The notes: generated by a model not told the origin, from the sequence alone. A DNA stretch of 64,000 bases from Candidatus Poribacteria bacterium (GCA_965208325.1 OZ242326.1:1024001-1088000); one strand, 5' to 3'. Shown: positions 9,340 through 19,980, counted from the stretch's first letter. Numbers and translations are program-made.

Positions 9340-11133
9340 GGCCGCCGTTGAGTTCACATTGATACGTTGCGGCGGCGGCTTGAGCACAACGCTTCCGTAA
9401 AATTCCTTTCCTCTCAATCAAGACGCTGATACTATTTGCAGTGAGTATCAACAATCCTACCAACCGTCGTAAGTTGAACCCAAGGCTTGTAAGGCGACAC
9501 TATTAGCTATCAGGATTATTTCCAAAGAGAAATTCACGCAGGCATTAAGAGATAACTTGTGTGAGACTCATCCAACCAAAACAATCTTGACGATTTTGCA
9601 ATCCATTGAGTCAGCCCTGCAATGGAAGGCATAACGATGTACGCCCAGCGTGCAAGGGTTTACCCCCGCGGGCGTAGTTTTCATGTTCGCGGGAATAATT
9701 CTCGCGGAACAAAGCCGCGCCGAATTAGTTTTCAGTAATGACTAAAGACGATTCAGGTGCGGCAATTGGTTGTTTAAATAAAAGTAAAGGAGTGCTAACA
9801 ATGTCTAAGAACATGTTGAAATGGCTGATCGGCGCACTGGTTTCGACGGGCTTGGTATTCGCCGGGCCGAGTGCTCATAGCATCGACGAGAACAACATCC
9901 TTGTTCACTGGTCATTTGACGAACTCGACAATGAGATGTTCAAGGATGAAACGGGCAACGGTTACGATGCAGAACTGGTTGACCCAGGCGAACTTGTCGA
10001 AGGAAAGTTCAACCAAGCTGTCCACCTGCCCGGCGGCTTTGTGAAGCTAGCGCCAAGCGACGTTGTTCAGAGTGTCGGCGATACGGGGGAAATTACCATG
10101 GAGGCGTGGGTATTCTTCAACGAACTCCCGCCGGCACAGTGGGATGGAGTTATCTCGGATAGCACCGCCCAATTTCGGATTATGGTGCAAGCTCCCGACC
10201 ACAACCCGTACTGGAACGTCGGAAATCGCGCAGACAAAAGCGATAAGGCTTTCAAGTTCAAAAAGAACCGGTGGTATCACTATGTCGCGCTAGGAGATAC
10301 CAAAAACAGTAAAGTTTACATTGACGGGGAGCTCGTGGCTGAAGCGGCCCAACCGGCGAACCTTGATAAGAATTTGCCCAAACCGCCGGACGTCGACAAA
10401 CCCTTCCAGATGCCGAAGCTCAAACAGGTGTCAATCTTCGTCGGTGCCGGCGAGGCTGAACATGTTTGGAGGATTGACGACGCAATTATTGATGAAGTCG
10501 CAATCTACAACAAAGCACTCACCGAAGAGGAGATTAACGATTTGACGGAACGAGGGCTTGGCGAAGTTCTCCGCTCGGTCAATCCGCAAGGGAAGTTAGC
10601 CTCCCGCTGGGGAGAAATAAAGATGAAACGCCATTAGAACCTCAGCAATTGATATTTGCGTTTATGGCGGTTAACCATTCATTGATTGCAGGGGCGAAGA
10701 CGTTTCGCCCCTGCAATGGTTTATCTTTGGTCAATCGGGCGCCAGTTTAGTTTGCATGGAGACGTTGCCGCGCAAGCTTGAGTAGAACGCTTCCGTAAAT
10801 GTCCTTTCCTCTCAATTGTGACACTGAAACTATGCACAGTGAGTATCAACGAACCTACCATTCGCCGTAAGTTTAGCACAAGGCTTTTAAGGGCTTCATG
10901 GTCGACTATTGGGGCCATTCCAGGCAGAAATTCGCACAGGCATGAAGATGGAACTTGTGTGAGATTTATCCAACCAACACATTCTTAACGATTTTATGTC
11001 CCACTGAATCAACCCTACATTGGGAGGCAAAAAAGATGAGAGCCCCAGTCTCAATATTAATCGTAGCGGTAGTTGCTTTCAAATTCTTGGGACTTATTGT
11101 CGCAGGACAAAGCCGCGCCGAATTAGATATCAA
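9340..11133 (+). repeat. About 390 bp diverged direct repeat (about 9340-9733 vs about 10738-11133): leader plus signal-peptide region of the LamG gene at 11036
   Basis: Shared blocks aacgcttccgtaaa.tcctttcctctcaat, cagtgagtatcaac, aacttgtgtgaga..tccaacc and caaagccgcgccgaattag. Confidence 0.9.
9801..10637 (+). CDS. Secreted LamG-like protein (paralog of 7526), C-terminal WG.IK motif
   Basis: AAGGAG RBS; signal peptide; SIDENNILVHWSFDE shared with 7526; ends SVNPQGKLASRWGEIK. Confidence 0.85.
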   Translation: MSKNMLKWLIGALVSTGLVFAGPSAHSIDENNILVHWSFDELDNEMFKDETGNGYDAELVDPGELVEGKFNQAVHLPGGFVKLAPSDVVQSVGDTGEITMEAWVFFNELPPAQWDGVISDSTAQFRIMVQAPDHNPYWNVGNRADKSDKAFKFKKNRWYHYVALGDTKNSKVYIDGELVAEAAQPANLDKNLPKPPDVDKPFQMPKLKQVSIFVGAGEAEHVWRIDDAIIDEVAIYNKALTEEEINDLTERGLGEVLRSVNPQGKLASRWGEIKMKRH

Positions 11134-11821
11134 TTCCGTTAAAGGAGGGTGGCTGCTTGATGAGGGCGCGGGGGAGGAGGCCACGGATGCTTCCCGCCAT
11201 CGGAACGTTGGGTCACTCAAGAACCGTCCGCAATGGGTGGAGGGTAAGTACGGCAAGGCTTTGATGTTTGATGGCGACGGCGCCCATGTTGAAATTCCCC
11301 ATGAGAAGAGTTTGGATGTAAAAGATGAATTTTCAATTGTATTCTGGATGACATCAAATCTAATTCCACCCGGTGGAACGACCAGAGCACTGGTCACTAA
11401 AAATAAATGGGAAGTGGCCATTGACAATGGGACAATACGGTTTTTCCTCAATCCAAAAAATGAGGTTTGTTGTGAAAGACTGTGGGGAATTACGGCGCTA
11501 AATGTAGACACGTGGTATCATGTGGCATGCACTTATAACAATAAACACATGATAATGTATATTGACGGCGTTTTTGACGGTTCTCGTGAAGCATCAGGAG
11601 ACATAAGCAGCACGCAGGACATACATATCGGCCACGACGTTGACCTGCATGGAGCTGGCGGATTTTTCGATGTCATCTTAGATGAAGTAATCCTCTTTGA
11701 TGTTGCGATTACCGAAGATGATGTAAACAGCCTCATGAATGATAGCGCCGCGCTGCTACTCCCAGTTTCGCCCTCCGGCAAACTCGCGACCGCATGGGGA
11801 CGAATAAAGAACCAAGAATAG
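11036..11821 (+). CDS. Secreted LamG-like protein, C-terminal WG.IK motif
   Basis: GGGAGG RBS; WLLDEG, WVEGKYGKALMFDG, WYHVACTY; ends PVSPSGKLATAWGRIK. Confidence 0.85.
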   Translation: MRAPVSILIVAVVAFKFLGLIVAGQSRAELDINSVKGGWLLDEGAGEEATDASRHRNVGSLKNRPQWVEGKYGKALMFDGDGAHVEIPHEKSLDVKDEFSIVFWMTSNLIPPGGTTRALVTKNKWEVAIDNGTIRFFLNPKNEVCCERLWGITALNVDTWYHVACTYNNKHMIMYIDGVFDGSREASGDISSTQDIHIGHDVDLHGAGGFFDVILDEVILFDVAITEDDVNSLMNDSAALLLPVSPSGKLATAWGRIKNQE

Positions 11822-11913
11822 TTCCGCCTGCCCGGCGGCTTCGTCAAACTGCCTCCAAGCGACGTGTTATGCTGCGTGCAAAAAGGACAGGTATACATTT
11901 AGGGATACACAGA

Positions 11914-13368
11914 ATGAAGCCCGGCAAACAACAGGTTGAACGGTGGATTTTGAATCGCCGCATGGCTCAAATTGCCCTGCTGACCATCATATTCTTCATT
12001 GAAATCTGCCTTTTGAATGCTCAACAAAACCGCGTCCGCGACTCTTCTCCTCTACTTGTTCATGGCGAAATTGAATCGCAACAATCAACAGCCGCATTGC
12101 AGAAGCACCTCGATGCGGCTAATCTGTATGCGAAACAAAACGATTTCTCAAAAGCCATTGAAAAGCTCCACAAAATGCTGGAGATAGACCCGCAATGCAT
12201 TGAGGCGCACATTCAGCTTGGAATTCTCCACTCCAAAATAGGAAATCTAGACGACGCGCTTCAATCATATACACAGGTGGTGAAACTCAGGCCGGATTCT
12301 TACTCTGCCCACTACAATTTGGGAGTTATTCTCGCACGGAGAGGGTTGTTTGAAAAAGCCGAGACGCAATACCGGCACGCCATACAACTAGACGCAAATC
12401 AGCCCCTGCCGCATTACCAACTCGGTTTTGTGCTTGCCCAACAGGGCAAATATGGGGAAGCGCTTCCTAAATTCAAGAAAGCAGTTGCGCTTGCTCCCAA
12501 TGCAAGCGCCCACTATCAACTCGCCAATACATATTTTCGATTAGGAAACCGCGATGAAGGTGAGCGGCAATTAAAAAAATATAGGGGCATTCAGGCAAAA
12601 CAATATTTCGACAAAGCAGAACAGTCTTTCAAAAGCGGAAATGTGCAGGAAGCCATTAAATCATACCAAAGGGCACTTGACACGGATGTTGAATTTGCCC
12701 CGGCATTTGCGAGACTCGGCGCAATCGCGCTTCAACAGGATGAATTGGAGGACGCGATTCGACATTACCGTGCATACCTAAAGTTAAAACCGGAATCGGT
12801 GCAAGCCCGGCAGACGTTGGCTTCCGCGGCTCTGAAAATAAAGGACTTTGTAACGGCGGCAGAAGAATTTGAACAGGTCATTGCCAGAAATCCTACAGAA
12901 GCTTATCCGTTTTATGGTCTCGGCGCCGCCTATTTGGGAAGTTCTCAATTGGAAAATGCGGAAAAACACTTGCAAAAAGCGCTAGAAATAGAACCGGATT
13001 TTGCAGAGGCTTATTACCAACTCGGCTGGGTGTATCGGGAACGCGGCCAAATCGAAGATGCGATTGAATCCTTTAAGCGTTCAATTGCGAATCGACCGAA
13101 TTTGGCGCCGGCATGCAATACGCTCGCATGGTATTATGTCGAACAAGAGCAGCATTTAGATGATGCTGTGACACTTGCGAAAAGAGCCGTTGAATCTAAT
13201 CCGATTGCGCCTTATTGGGATACACTCGCGCTTGCGCTGTATAAAAATCGAAGATACAAGGAAGCGTCTGAGGCAATTGGCAAAGCGCTCGCGCTGCAAC
13301 CTGCCCATCCGGAATATGCGGCACACCAGAAATTAATTAGGAATGGTATTATCGAGCAGAACAGATGA
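11914..13368 (+). CDS. Tetratricopeptide repeat protein, probably exported (start 11914 or 11962)
   Basis: About 12 TPR-like repeats (AHYNLG, AYYQLG...P); hydrophobic N-terminal segment. Confidence 0.85.
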   Translation: MKPGKQQVERWILNRRMAQIALLTIIFFIEICLLNAQQNRVRDSSPLLVHGEIESQQSTAALQKHLDAANLYAKQNDFSKAIEKLHKMLEIDPQCIEAHIQLGILHSKIGNLDDALQSYTQVVKLRPDSYSAHYNLGVILARRGLFEKAETQYRHAIQLDANQPLPHYQLGFVLAQQGKYGEALPKFKKAVALAPNASAHYQLANTYFRLGNRDEGERQLKKYRGIQAKQYFDKAEQSFKSGNVQEAIKSYQRALDTDVEFAPAFARLGAIALQQDELEDAIRHYRAYLKLKPESVQARQTLASAALKIKDFVTAAEEFEQVIARNPTEAYPFYGLGAAYLGSSQLENAEKHLQKALEIEPDFAEAYYQLGWVYRERGQIEDAIESFKRSIANRPNLAPACNTLAWYYVEQEQHLDDAVTLAKRAVESNPIAPYWDTLALALYKNRRYKEASEAIGKALALQPAHPEYAAHQKLIRNGIIEQNR

Positions 13369-15037
13369 AAATATCCCTCAGCAATCGGTATCGGAGAGCG
13401 TCCATTTCATAGTCCTCGCCATTTGGCTTTGTACTTGCCAAATCCTCAACGCACAGACACCAATTTTCACAGATGTGACAATTGAAGCCGGAATTGAATT
13501 CCAACATACGGACGGTAGAAGCGGAAGGTATTATCTGCTCGAAGAGTTAGGTTCCGGTGCGGCATTTTTTGATTACGATAACGACGACGACCTAGATATC
13601 TATTTTGTGAACGGCACATATCTTCCCGGCGCCCACGCCGAGAGGCAACCAACAAATGCCCTTTACCGCAACAACGGAGATGGTACGTTTACGGATGTGA
13701 CGAACCTTAGCGGCGTCGGCGACACCGGTTATGGGGTTGGCTGTTGCGTCGGAGATTTCGACAATGACGGCTATCTGGACATATATGTAACAAACTTCGG
13801 GAAAAACGTCCTCTACCGCAATAACGGACACGGCACCTTTTCTGATGTTACAGACGCGGCTAATGTTGGGGACGGGCGTTGGGGGGCGAGTTGCGCCTTC
13901 GCCGATTATGATAAAGACGGCGACCTCGATTTGTACGCGGCTAATTACGTCGAGTTTAATGTTGACGAAAATAAGGTTTGTCACCGCGGCGGGGTACGCA
14001 CCTACTGTCCGCCGCAAGCCTTTGAAGGCGTAGCCGACGTCCTTTACCGCAATAACGGGGACGGCAGCTTTTCCGAGGTTACCAAAGAAGCGGGTGTTTT
14101 CAACCCGCGCGGCAGAGGGCTTGGGGTCGTGTGGGGAGATTACGACAACGACGGATATCTCGACCTTTATGTAGCAAACGATACCAATGAAAACTACCTA
14201 TACCGCAATGACGGCGGCGGCAGCTTTTCGGATGCAGCCTTTTTTGCAGGTTGCGCGTTGAGCGAACACGGCAAGATGGAAAGTGGTATGGGCGTGGACT
14301 TTGGGGATTACGATAACGACGGTTTTTTGGATATCGCCGTTACCAACTTTCAAAACGAAGTGGCTACGCTGTACCGAAACAACGGAAACGGATTTTTTAC
14401 GGACGTTTCATACCCCTCCGGCACGGGGGAAAAGACCTTGCCGTCTTTAGGTTGGAGCGTGTGTTTTTTTGACTACGACAACGATGCGGACAAGGACTTA
14501 TTCATCGCCAACGGGCATGTTTACGACAATGTTGAACTGTTTGACCCATCGACGGCGTTCGCGCAAACCAATCACCTTTTTGAGAATTTGGGGAACGGGA
14601 GTTTTGAAGAAGTTACAGACCAAATCGGCACCGATTTTTCCCGCAAAACACCGAGCCGCGGTGCCGTGTTTGGGGATTACGACAACGACGGTGATATTGA
14701 TATACTCGTCACAAACAGCAATACAAAGCCGCAGCTCCTCAGAAATGACGGCGGCAATCGCAATAATTGGATAAAGGTGCGTGCCATCGGCACGGCGAGC
14801 AACCGCGCGGGCATTGGAGCCCGGATCAAAGTTGCCACCGGCGGCCTGGTTCAGATGGCGGAGGTGAAAAGCGGTTCCGGCTACCTTGGGCAAAACGAAA
14901 TCGCTCTGCATTTCGGGTTGGGGGATTTCGCCATTATTGATAAAATCATCGTCATCTTTCCAAGCGGAAGTGTACGCGAGGTTGAGGCGGTCGCAGCCAA
15001 TCAGGTTATTGAGATTCAAGAGCCCCGGAAGAGATGA
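13343..15037 (+). CDS. CRTAC1-family protein (FG-GAP/VCBS repeats plus ASPIC/UnbV domain)
   Basis: Repeated DYDNDG.LD and LYRNNGDG.F motifs; C-terminal SNRAGIGA...GSGYLGQ...LHFGLG. Confidence 0.9.
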   Translation: MVLSSRTDENIPQQSVSESVHFIVLAIWLCTCQILNAQTPIFTDVTIEAGIEFQHTDGRSGRYYLLEELGSGAAFFDYDNDDDLDIYFVNGTYLPGAHAERQPTNALYRNNGDGTFTDVTNLSGVGDTGYGVGCCVGDFDNDGYLDIYVTNFGKNVLYRNNGHGTFSDVTDAANVGDGRWGASCAFADYDKDGDLDLYAANYVEFNVDENKVCHRGGVRTYCPPQAFEGVADVLYRNNGDGSFSEVTKEAGVFNPRGRGLGVVWGDYDNDGYLDLYVANDTNENYLYRNDGGGSFSDAAFFAGCALSEHGKMESGMGVDFGDYDNDGFLDIAVTNFQNEVATLYRNNGNGFFTDVSYPSGTGEKTLPSLGWSVCFFDYDNDADKDLFIANGHVYDNVELFDPSTAFAQTNHLFENLGNGSFEEVTDQIGTDFSRKTPSRGAVFGDYDNDGDIDILVTNSNTKPQLLRNDGGNRNNWIKVRAIGTASNRAGIGARIKVATGGLVQMAEVKSGSGYLGQNEIALHFGLGDFAIIDKIIVIFPSGSVREVEAVAANQVIEIQEPRKR

Positions 15038-15110
15038 TGTACCGCCAACTTTTTTTTCCATTCAACTACACAGATGGAAGTGGAAAAAATAGAGCCGCGT
15101 GCGATTTCTG

Positions 15111-15139
15111 TTGACGAGGGTGTGGAAACTGGGTAAAAT
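15111..15139 (+). promoter_or_regulatory. Sigma70-like promoter TTGACG-N17-TAAAAT
   Basis: Near-consensus boxes with 17-bp spacing, upstream of the PhyH gene at 15386. Confidence 0.5.
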
Positions 15140-15200
15140 ATTTTGCAATTTTAATCGAGTAGATTTGGGCTTTCACTGGATTAAACGTACTATGTAAATC

Positions 15201-15304
15201 ACCCCCTTTACAAGGAGGAGTTAATCATATTAATCCTCCCCCTTTACAAGGGGGAGTTAATCACATTAATCCTCCCCCCTTACCAAGGGGGAGTTAGAGG
15301 GGGT
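15201..15304. repeat. Three tandem 36-37 bp palindromic units (CCCCCTT.ACAAGGGGGAG plus TTAATCA.ATTAATC linker)
   Basis: caag cores at 15211, 15247 and 15284; related single copies at about 19821-19860 and 20991-21030. Confidence 0.85.
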
Positions 15305-15385
15305 GCAGTTCAGCTTCTAAAAGCTAGGAATAACTGATCGTGACGAAAAAAATATATCCAACAGACCGCAACAAGGAGTAGTGCC

Positions 15386-16351
15386 ATGAAATACGATAAA
15401 GAAAAAAGAACATTTGACTGCGAACCGACCTTGACAGACTCACAGGTGCTCGAATTTTGCCGGAACGGATACCTGATTTTGGACGCCGTTGTTCCGGATG
15501 AAGTCAATCAACTCTCCTGTGATTACTTGGATGGGAAACTGCCCGCGAACCCCATCTACATTCCGGAAGGATTGACATTTGAGGACCTAGAGAGTTTCCG
15601 CACAACCGGCGAGCCCTCCGGAATCATGCTTGAAGAATGGTTCATTGAGCACGTCCTCCTCAATCCGCAACTCGCAGGCGCATTGCGCTCGCTGCTTGGA
15701 AAGAATGTCGGTCTGCCGGCGATTATTAGCCACCACCGGGCAGAATGCCCGGCGGGTCCGCAGGGCTGGCATCACGATGCCGATTGCGTCTTTGGGCCCG
15801 AAGTCAACTTTGTCGAGGTTTTCTATTATCCGCAAGATACGCCTCGAGAACTCGGTCCCACCGAAGTTATCCCCGGCTCCCATATCCGCCGTGTCCGGGT
15901 TGAAGCCGGGAAAGAAGAATTACGGGAGGTTCCGCGGACGCCGCCGCACTTTGTCGTTTGGGAACCCACCAAGGTCGTAACCGATGCACCTGCCGGGTCG
16001 ATTATTATCCACCACCAAAGCGTCATGCACCGCAAAGGCCCTTCCACGGTGAAGGGGCTGCGCCGTATGCTTAAACATAACTACTGGCGCACCGTCCCGC
16101 CAGAAAGAGATTGGATTATCGAGCCGGACTTCGACTTTCAAACAGCCGATTATTGGGGACACGGAGTCGCCAAATATATTGCGCACATGTTCTATTGGCT
16201 GTGCGGGAAAGGGGACGATTTCCGCATAATGGGCGGCCAAGCTTGGCCTTGGCACAACCGAAACCAAATCGGTAAATCTTACGGATATGGGTTGACCGAA
16301 GGCTATCGCCCCAACTGGCGAAATAATAACGTTGATGATTACGCAGCTTAA
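15386..16351 (+). CDS. PhyH family Fe(II)/2OG dioxygenase
   Basis: AAGGAG RBS; DCEPTLTD N-terminus, WHHD, GPTEVIPGSH, MHRKG. Confidence 0.85.
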   Translation: MKYDKEKRTFDCEPTLTDSQVLEFCRNGYLILDAVVPDEVNQLSCDYLDGKLPANPIYIPEGLTFEDLESFRTTGEPSGIMLEEWFIEHVLLNPQLAGALRSLLGKNVGLPAIISHHRAECPAGPQGWHHDADCVFGPEVNFVEVFYYPQDTPRELGPTEVIPGSHIRRVRVEAGKEELREVPRTPPHFVVWEPTKVVTDAPAGSIIIHHQSVMHRKGPSTVKGLRRMLKHNYWRTVPPERDWIIEPDFDFQTADYWGHGVAKYIAHMFYWLCGKGDDFRIMGGQAWPWHNRNQIGKSYGYGLTEGYRPNWRNNNVDDYAA

Positions 16352-16455
16352 TCGAGCTCACGGTAAATCAGATACTACACTGTCAAGAATGTCAGAAATT
16401 TCGCTTTTCATATCCATCCTTAATCGTCTCCACAGAAGAAAGACGGGGTCTATAC

Positions 16456-17286
16456 ATGTCGAGGGTTTTGTTTTCAATGCTCGTCCTTGTCCTGATGTCG
16501 GGCTGGATATCGGGAATAACACCGGTTTCCCAAGCCAAGGTGATAGGTGCTTGGCTCTTCAATGAAGGGAAAGGCAATGTTGCCAAGGATTCCACCGGTA
16601 ACGGGTTTGACCTGGAGGTCGTCAAAGGGAAGTGGCTTGAAGGTGGAGGTTCATTTGATGGAGCCTTGGGATTTAGTATGGCAACGTATGCTTGGATCGA
16701 GGTCAAAAAGAAAGACGCAGAGTTTAACCTTGATAAAGGAGAATTCACGATTATAACGAGGGGATACCTAACAGGATTGAGCTCGTGTTGTGCAGGGATT
16801 CCCCGTTGGGAGGCACTCAGCGGAGACTTTGACCGTGCAGGCTGGCTCATACATCCGGATACAGGAGCACCCGACTATGTGTTTAGTTGGTGGTATAATG
16901 ATGGAGGCTGGACCAAAGCTGGAAGTTCAGGTGCACTAAGGTTTAAAGCGGAGTGGCATCAGTTTGCCGTGACTTTTGATACAAAGAGGATACTGATGTA
17001 TCTTGACGGCGAAGAGATAGCTGACTTCCCAGCGAACCGTGGACCAACCCCCTTTGAAGACGGTGGAACACTCACTTTCTCCCGCGACCGCTGTTGTGTC
17101 CCGCCCCGGATGTTCACCGGCGCCATCGATGAAAGCCTTATAGCGGATGAAGCCTTCTCAGCAGCCGTAATTGCAGAATCAGCGAAGAAAGGACTTCAAA
17201 ATACAGCCGCGTTCAGACAGGTGTTCACCGTCGATGAGCGCGGTAAGTTAGCCACGACCTGGAGCCGATTGAAAACCCTATACTAA
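16456..17286 (+). CDS. Secreted LamG-like protein with C-terminal W..LK motif
   Basis: Signal peptide; WLFNEGKG..AKDSTGNG, WHQFAVTFD, FTGAIDE; ends TVDERGKLATTWSRLK. Confidence 0.85.
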   Translation: MSRVLFSMLVLVLMSGWISGITPVSQAKVIGAWLFNEGKGNVAKDSTGNGFDLEVVKGKWLEGGGSFDGALGFSMATYAWIEVKKKDAEFNLDKGEFTIITRGYLTGLSSCCAGIPRWEALSGDFDRAGWLIHPDTGAPDYVFSWWYNDGGWTKAGSSGALRFKAEWHQFAVTFDTKRILMYLDGEEIADFPANRGPTPFEDGGTLTFSRDRCCVPPRMFTGAIDESLIADEAFSAAVIAESAKKGLQNTAAFRQVFTVDERGKLATTWSRLKTLY

Positions 17287-17432
17287 TCTGTGATACGAGG
17301 TTTAATTCCTGTTGCGATGGATGTAGGAGTAAAACCCCTGCCCCCGAATATCGTAGGACGACGTATTACGCATCACCGAACCCAATTTTCGAAGAACATA
17401 AACCATGTCTATAGAAATGGAGATAAATCGCG

Positions 17433-18293
17433 ATGACAGCTATGAAAACAGCCAATTGTGAACCCACGTTAAATGACCACGATGTCTGGGCATTTTGCAA
17501 AAAGGGGTACCATGTGTTAGAGGGTGTTGTCAGCGACGAGATAAACACGAAAGTGCTTGAATTCCTTGACGCCCACGAGGGGTTGGGCGGGCAGCTGATC
17601 AATGAGGAGTGGTTTGTTGAAAACGTCTTTCTCAATCCTCAAGCCGCGGGCGCAGTGCGTTCATTGCTCGGCAAGGACTTCGGTCTGCCAATCGGAATGG
17701 GCAATCATCGAGTCGTTTGCCCCAATCGAAGTCAGGGATGGCATCACGACGGAGCGGCGTTGGTGGGTCCAGAGTTGAATCACCTGCAGGTGTTTTACTA
17801 TCCGCAAGACTGCCCGGAGGAAATGGGACCGACCGGATTGGTGCCCGGCTCGCACTTTCTGCGCGCCCTTCAAAGCTGGATGAGCCACTACGGCGCCATT
17901 AGTAAAGAGGTCAAGACATCAGCCCCGGCCGGTTCGATTTTCATAACCGCCTATCCGATATGGCATCGCCGCTCTAAATCGACCGCGACTGGGATTCGCA
18001 ATATGCTGAAATACTGCTATTGGCGAAGTACGCCCCCACGGCACGATTGGATAGCCGAACCGAATTTCAACCCAATGACAGCAGACTTCCCCGACGCGAC
18101 CGACTCACCTCGCCAACAGTGCCAGTCTTGGTATGAAGTCGGCGAGATGTATTACTGGCTGCGCGGAGAACTGGACACGTTTTATGGAATCATGGGCGGC
18201 GAAGGCTGGCCGCACGGCTATCCCGTAGGGTGGAAACCTGAAGGGTTCCGCCGTTTTACAAAAGAGGCTGCAAACGCGCCCGCGCCACGGTGA
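17433..18293 (+). CDS. PhyH family Fe(II)/2OG dioxygenase
   Basis: NCEPTLND, WHHD, GPTGLVPGSH, WHRRS; paralog of 8499 and 15386. Confidence 0.85.
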   Translation: MTAMKTANCEPTLNDHDVWAFCKKGYHVLEGVVSDEINTKVLEFLDAHEGLGGQLINEEWFVENVFLNPQAAGAVRSLLGKDFGLPIGMGNHRVVCPNRSQGWHHDGAALVGPELNHLQVFYYPQDCPEEMGPTGLVPGSHFLRALQSWMSHYGAISKEVKTSAPAGSIFITAYPIWHRRSKSTATGIRNMLKYCYWRSTPPRHDWIAEPNFNPMTADFPDATDSPRQQCQSWYEVGEMYYWLRGELDTFYGIMGGEGWPHGYPVGWKPEGFRRFTKEAANAPAPR

Positions 18294-18318
18294 ACCGCGG
18301 CAAACGGCTTATACTGTG

Positions 18319-19641
18319 TCACTCTTCCGCGATGCAGTAGAGGTATTTCTCGCCGCGCAAGAAAATTTCGCTGCCAACGAGGGCAGCCGATGCGCTGAAA
18401 CTGTCGTCCAAACGATTCTGCGCCAAAACGCTTGGGTTATCATCGTGGCTAATCACCAGCGTTGTGCCGACTCGGTCGGTGATGTAGATTCGGTTCGCAG
18501 CAGCCACGGGTGAGGCGTAAATATCGCGCAGTCCGCCCAATCGAAAAGGTCCGCCTTTGTCCTCACCGGTAGTGGTATCCACCCGCGACAGTATCCCTTG
18601 ATAGTGGCGCAGAAAATACAACGAGTTCCCATATAGCAGGGGAGACGGCACGTACGGCGTGCCGCGTTTGCGGCGCCACAGCACGCGGTCGGTTTCAGTG
18701 ATGTCGCCCTTCGCACCGTCTAGCCGGATAGCCAGCAGCGCGCGTTTGTCGTAGCTGCTGCCGGCGTAAACCATCCCGTCCGCCGCCACCGGCGACGCCA
18801 CGATGTTTGCCGACAATCCCCCGCACTCCCAGATGACCGCACCGGTAGTTAAATCGTAACCGCGCACCCGGTGCGTACCGCTAATGATGACCTGCGGTTT
18901 GCCTGCATGTTCGACTACGATTGGCGTCGCCCACGACGTGACCTCGTCTCTCGCTGCACTCCAGCGCTGCTTCCCGCTGCGTTTGTCGTACGCGGCGACA
19001 AATGACTGGCCTTCATGATCCCAGTTGACAACTAGTATGTCGCCGTATAGCGCAGGTGAACTACCCTCCCCGTGCCCGTGCTTGGTCTGCATCTCACCGA
19101 GATCCTTCTCCCACTGCGGCTTCCCGTCTACGTCGAAGCAATAAAGCCCTCGCGACCCGAAAAATGCGTACACCCGCTCCCCATCGGTCACGGGGGAGTT
19201 GGACGCTAGGCTTGCGGTAAAATGCCCCATTTCGTGCGGCAATCCTTGGCGAACCGTACGTTCCCAGAGAATCGTCCCATCGCGCCGATTAACGGCGATA
19301 ACGAGGTATTTGTATCGGTGTGTCACCGGTAGATTGTCATGAGCGCCAGGTGCATCGCTATATTTGGGTTGCAAAGCCTCACCGTAAGGCGCTGCTGCGG
19401 TCACGAAAACCTTGTCCCCCCAGACGATTGGCGAAGAATGTCCGCCCCCCGGCAGTTCAATTTTCCACCGAACATTCTTGCCCTCGCTCCATTCTACCGG
19501 CGGATCGGCATGCGGTGCGACCCCAGTAGCCAAGGGACCCCGCCACTGGTGCCAAAAATGAGCCGTATCCGTGCCGTTAGCGCCCGTCATCGGGCGCCCC
19601 AGCAGCCAGAATACCGTAAGGATAAATACAAATCGTTTCAT
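18319..19641 (-). CDS. PQQ-like beta-propeller repeat protein, secreted
   Basis: WHQWRGP..TG, W....NVRWK..LPG.G.SSP, repeated SP motifs and W.....G repeats. Confidence 0.85.
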   Translation of the reverse strand: MKRFVFILTVFWLLGRPMTGANGTDTAHFWHQWRGPLATGVAPHADPPVEWSEGKNVRWKIELPGGGHSSPIVWGDKVFVTAAAPYGEALQPKYSDAPGAHDNLPVTHRYKYLVIAVNRRDGTILWERTVRQGLPHEMGHFTASLASNSPVTDGERVYAFFGSRGLYCFDVDGKPQWEKDLGEMQTKHGHGEGSSPALYGDILVVNWDHEGQSFVAAYDKRSGKQRWSAARDEVTSWATPIVVEHAGKPQVIISGTHRVRGYDLTTGAVIWECGGLSANIVASPVAADGMVYAGSSYDKRALLAIRLDGAKGDITETDRVLWRRKRGTPYVPSPLLYGNSLYFLRHYQGILSRVDTTTGEDKGGPFRLGGLRDIYASPVAAANRIYITDRVGTTLVISHDDNPSVLAQNRLDDSFSASAALVGSEIFLRGEKYLYCIAEE

Positions 19642-19765
19642 TATTTCTTCAATGTGAAAATCTCGTCTTACTCAAGCGGCGTGGACATGTGAGCCGCCCG
19701 TTTATTTATTTATAGGCATTTTCTTTGAATATGTGCAGGTGCGGAATACCCCTTGATAAGGCTTA

Positions 19766-19980
19766 CTATTACTCACATCTTTATGAGCGAGCTAGAAACA
19801 GCGCTTAACCCGCCATACAACCTCCCCTAACCCCTCCTTTGTAAGGAGGGGGATGATTATTGTAATGAACCAACAAGGCGTCTTCACTGTGGGAGAGGCA
19901 TCCCTGCCTCGATTATCGGGCGAAAATTCTCCCTTACACAGTCTGGCTCTATGGGGATTTCTGAACCTGTGCGTAACAGC
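19766..19980. mobile_element. Degenerate MITE-like composite repeat
   Basis: Ends ctattactcaca and tgtgcgtaacagc form an imperfect inverted repeat; the interior holds several hairpin repeats (cccctaacccctcc..gtaaggagggg; gaggcatccctgcctc). Confidence 0.45.

Noticed and set aside
15201..15304. Possible CRISPR array
   Set aside because: Linkers are about 15 bp and nearly identical rather than unique spacers, and there are no cas genes in the window.
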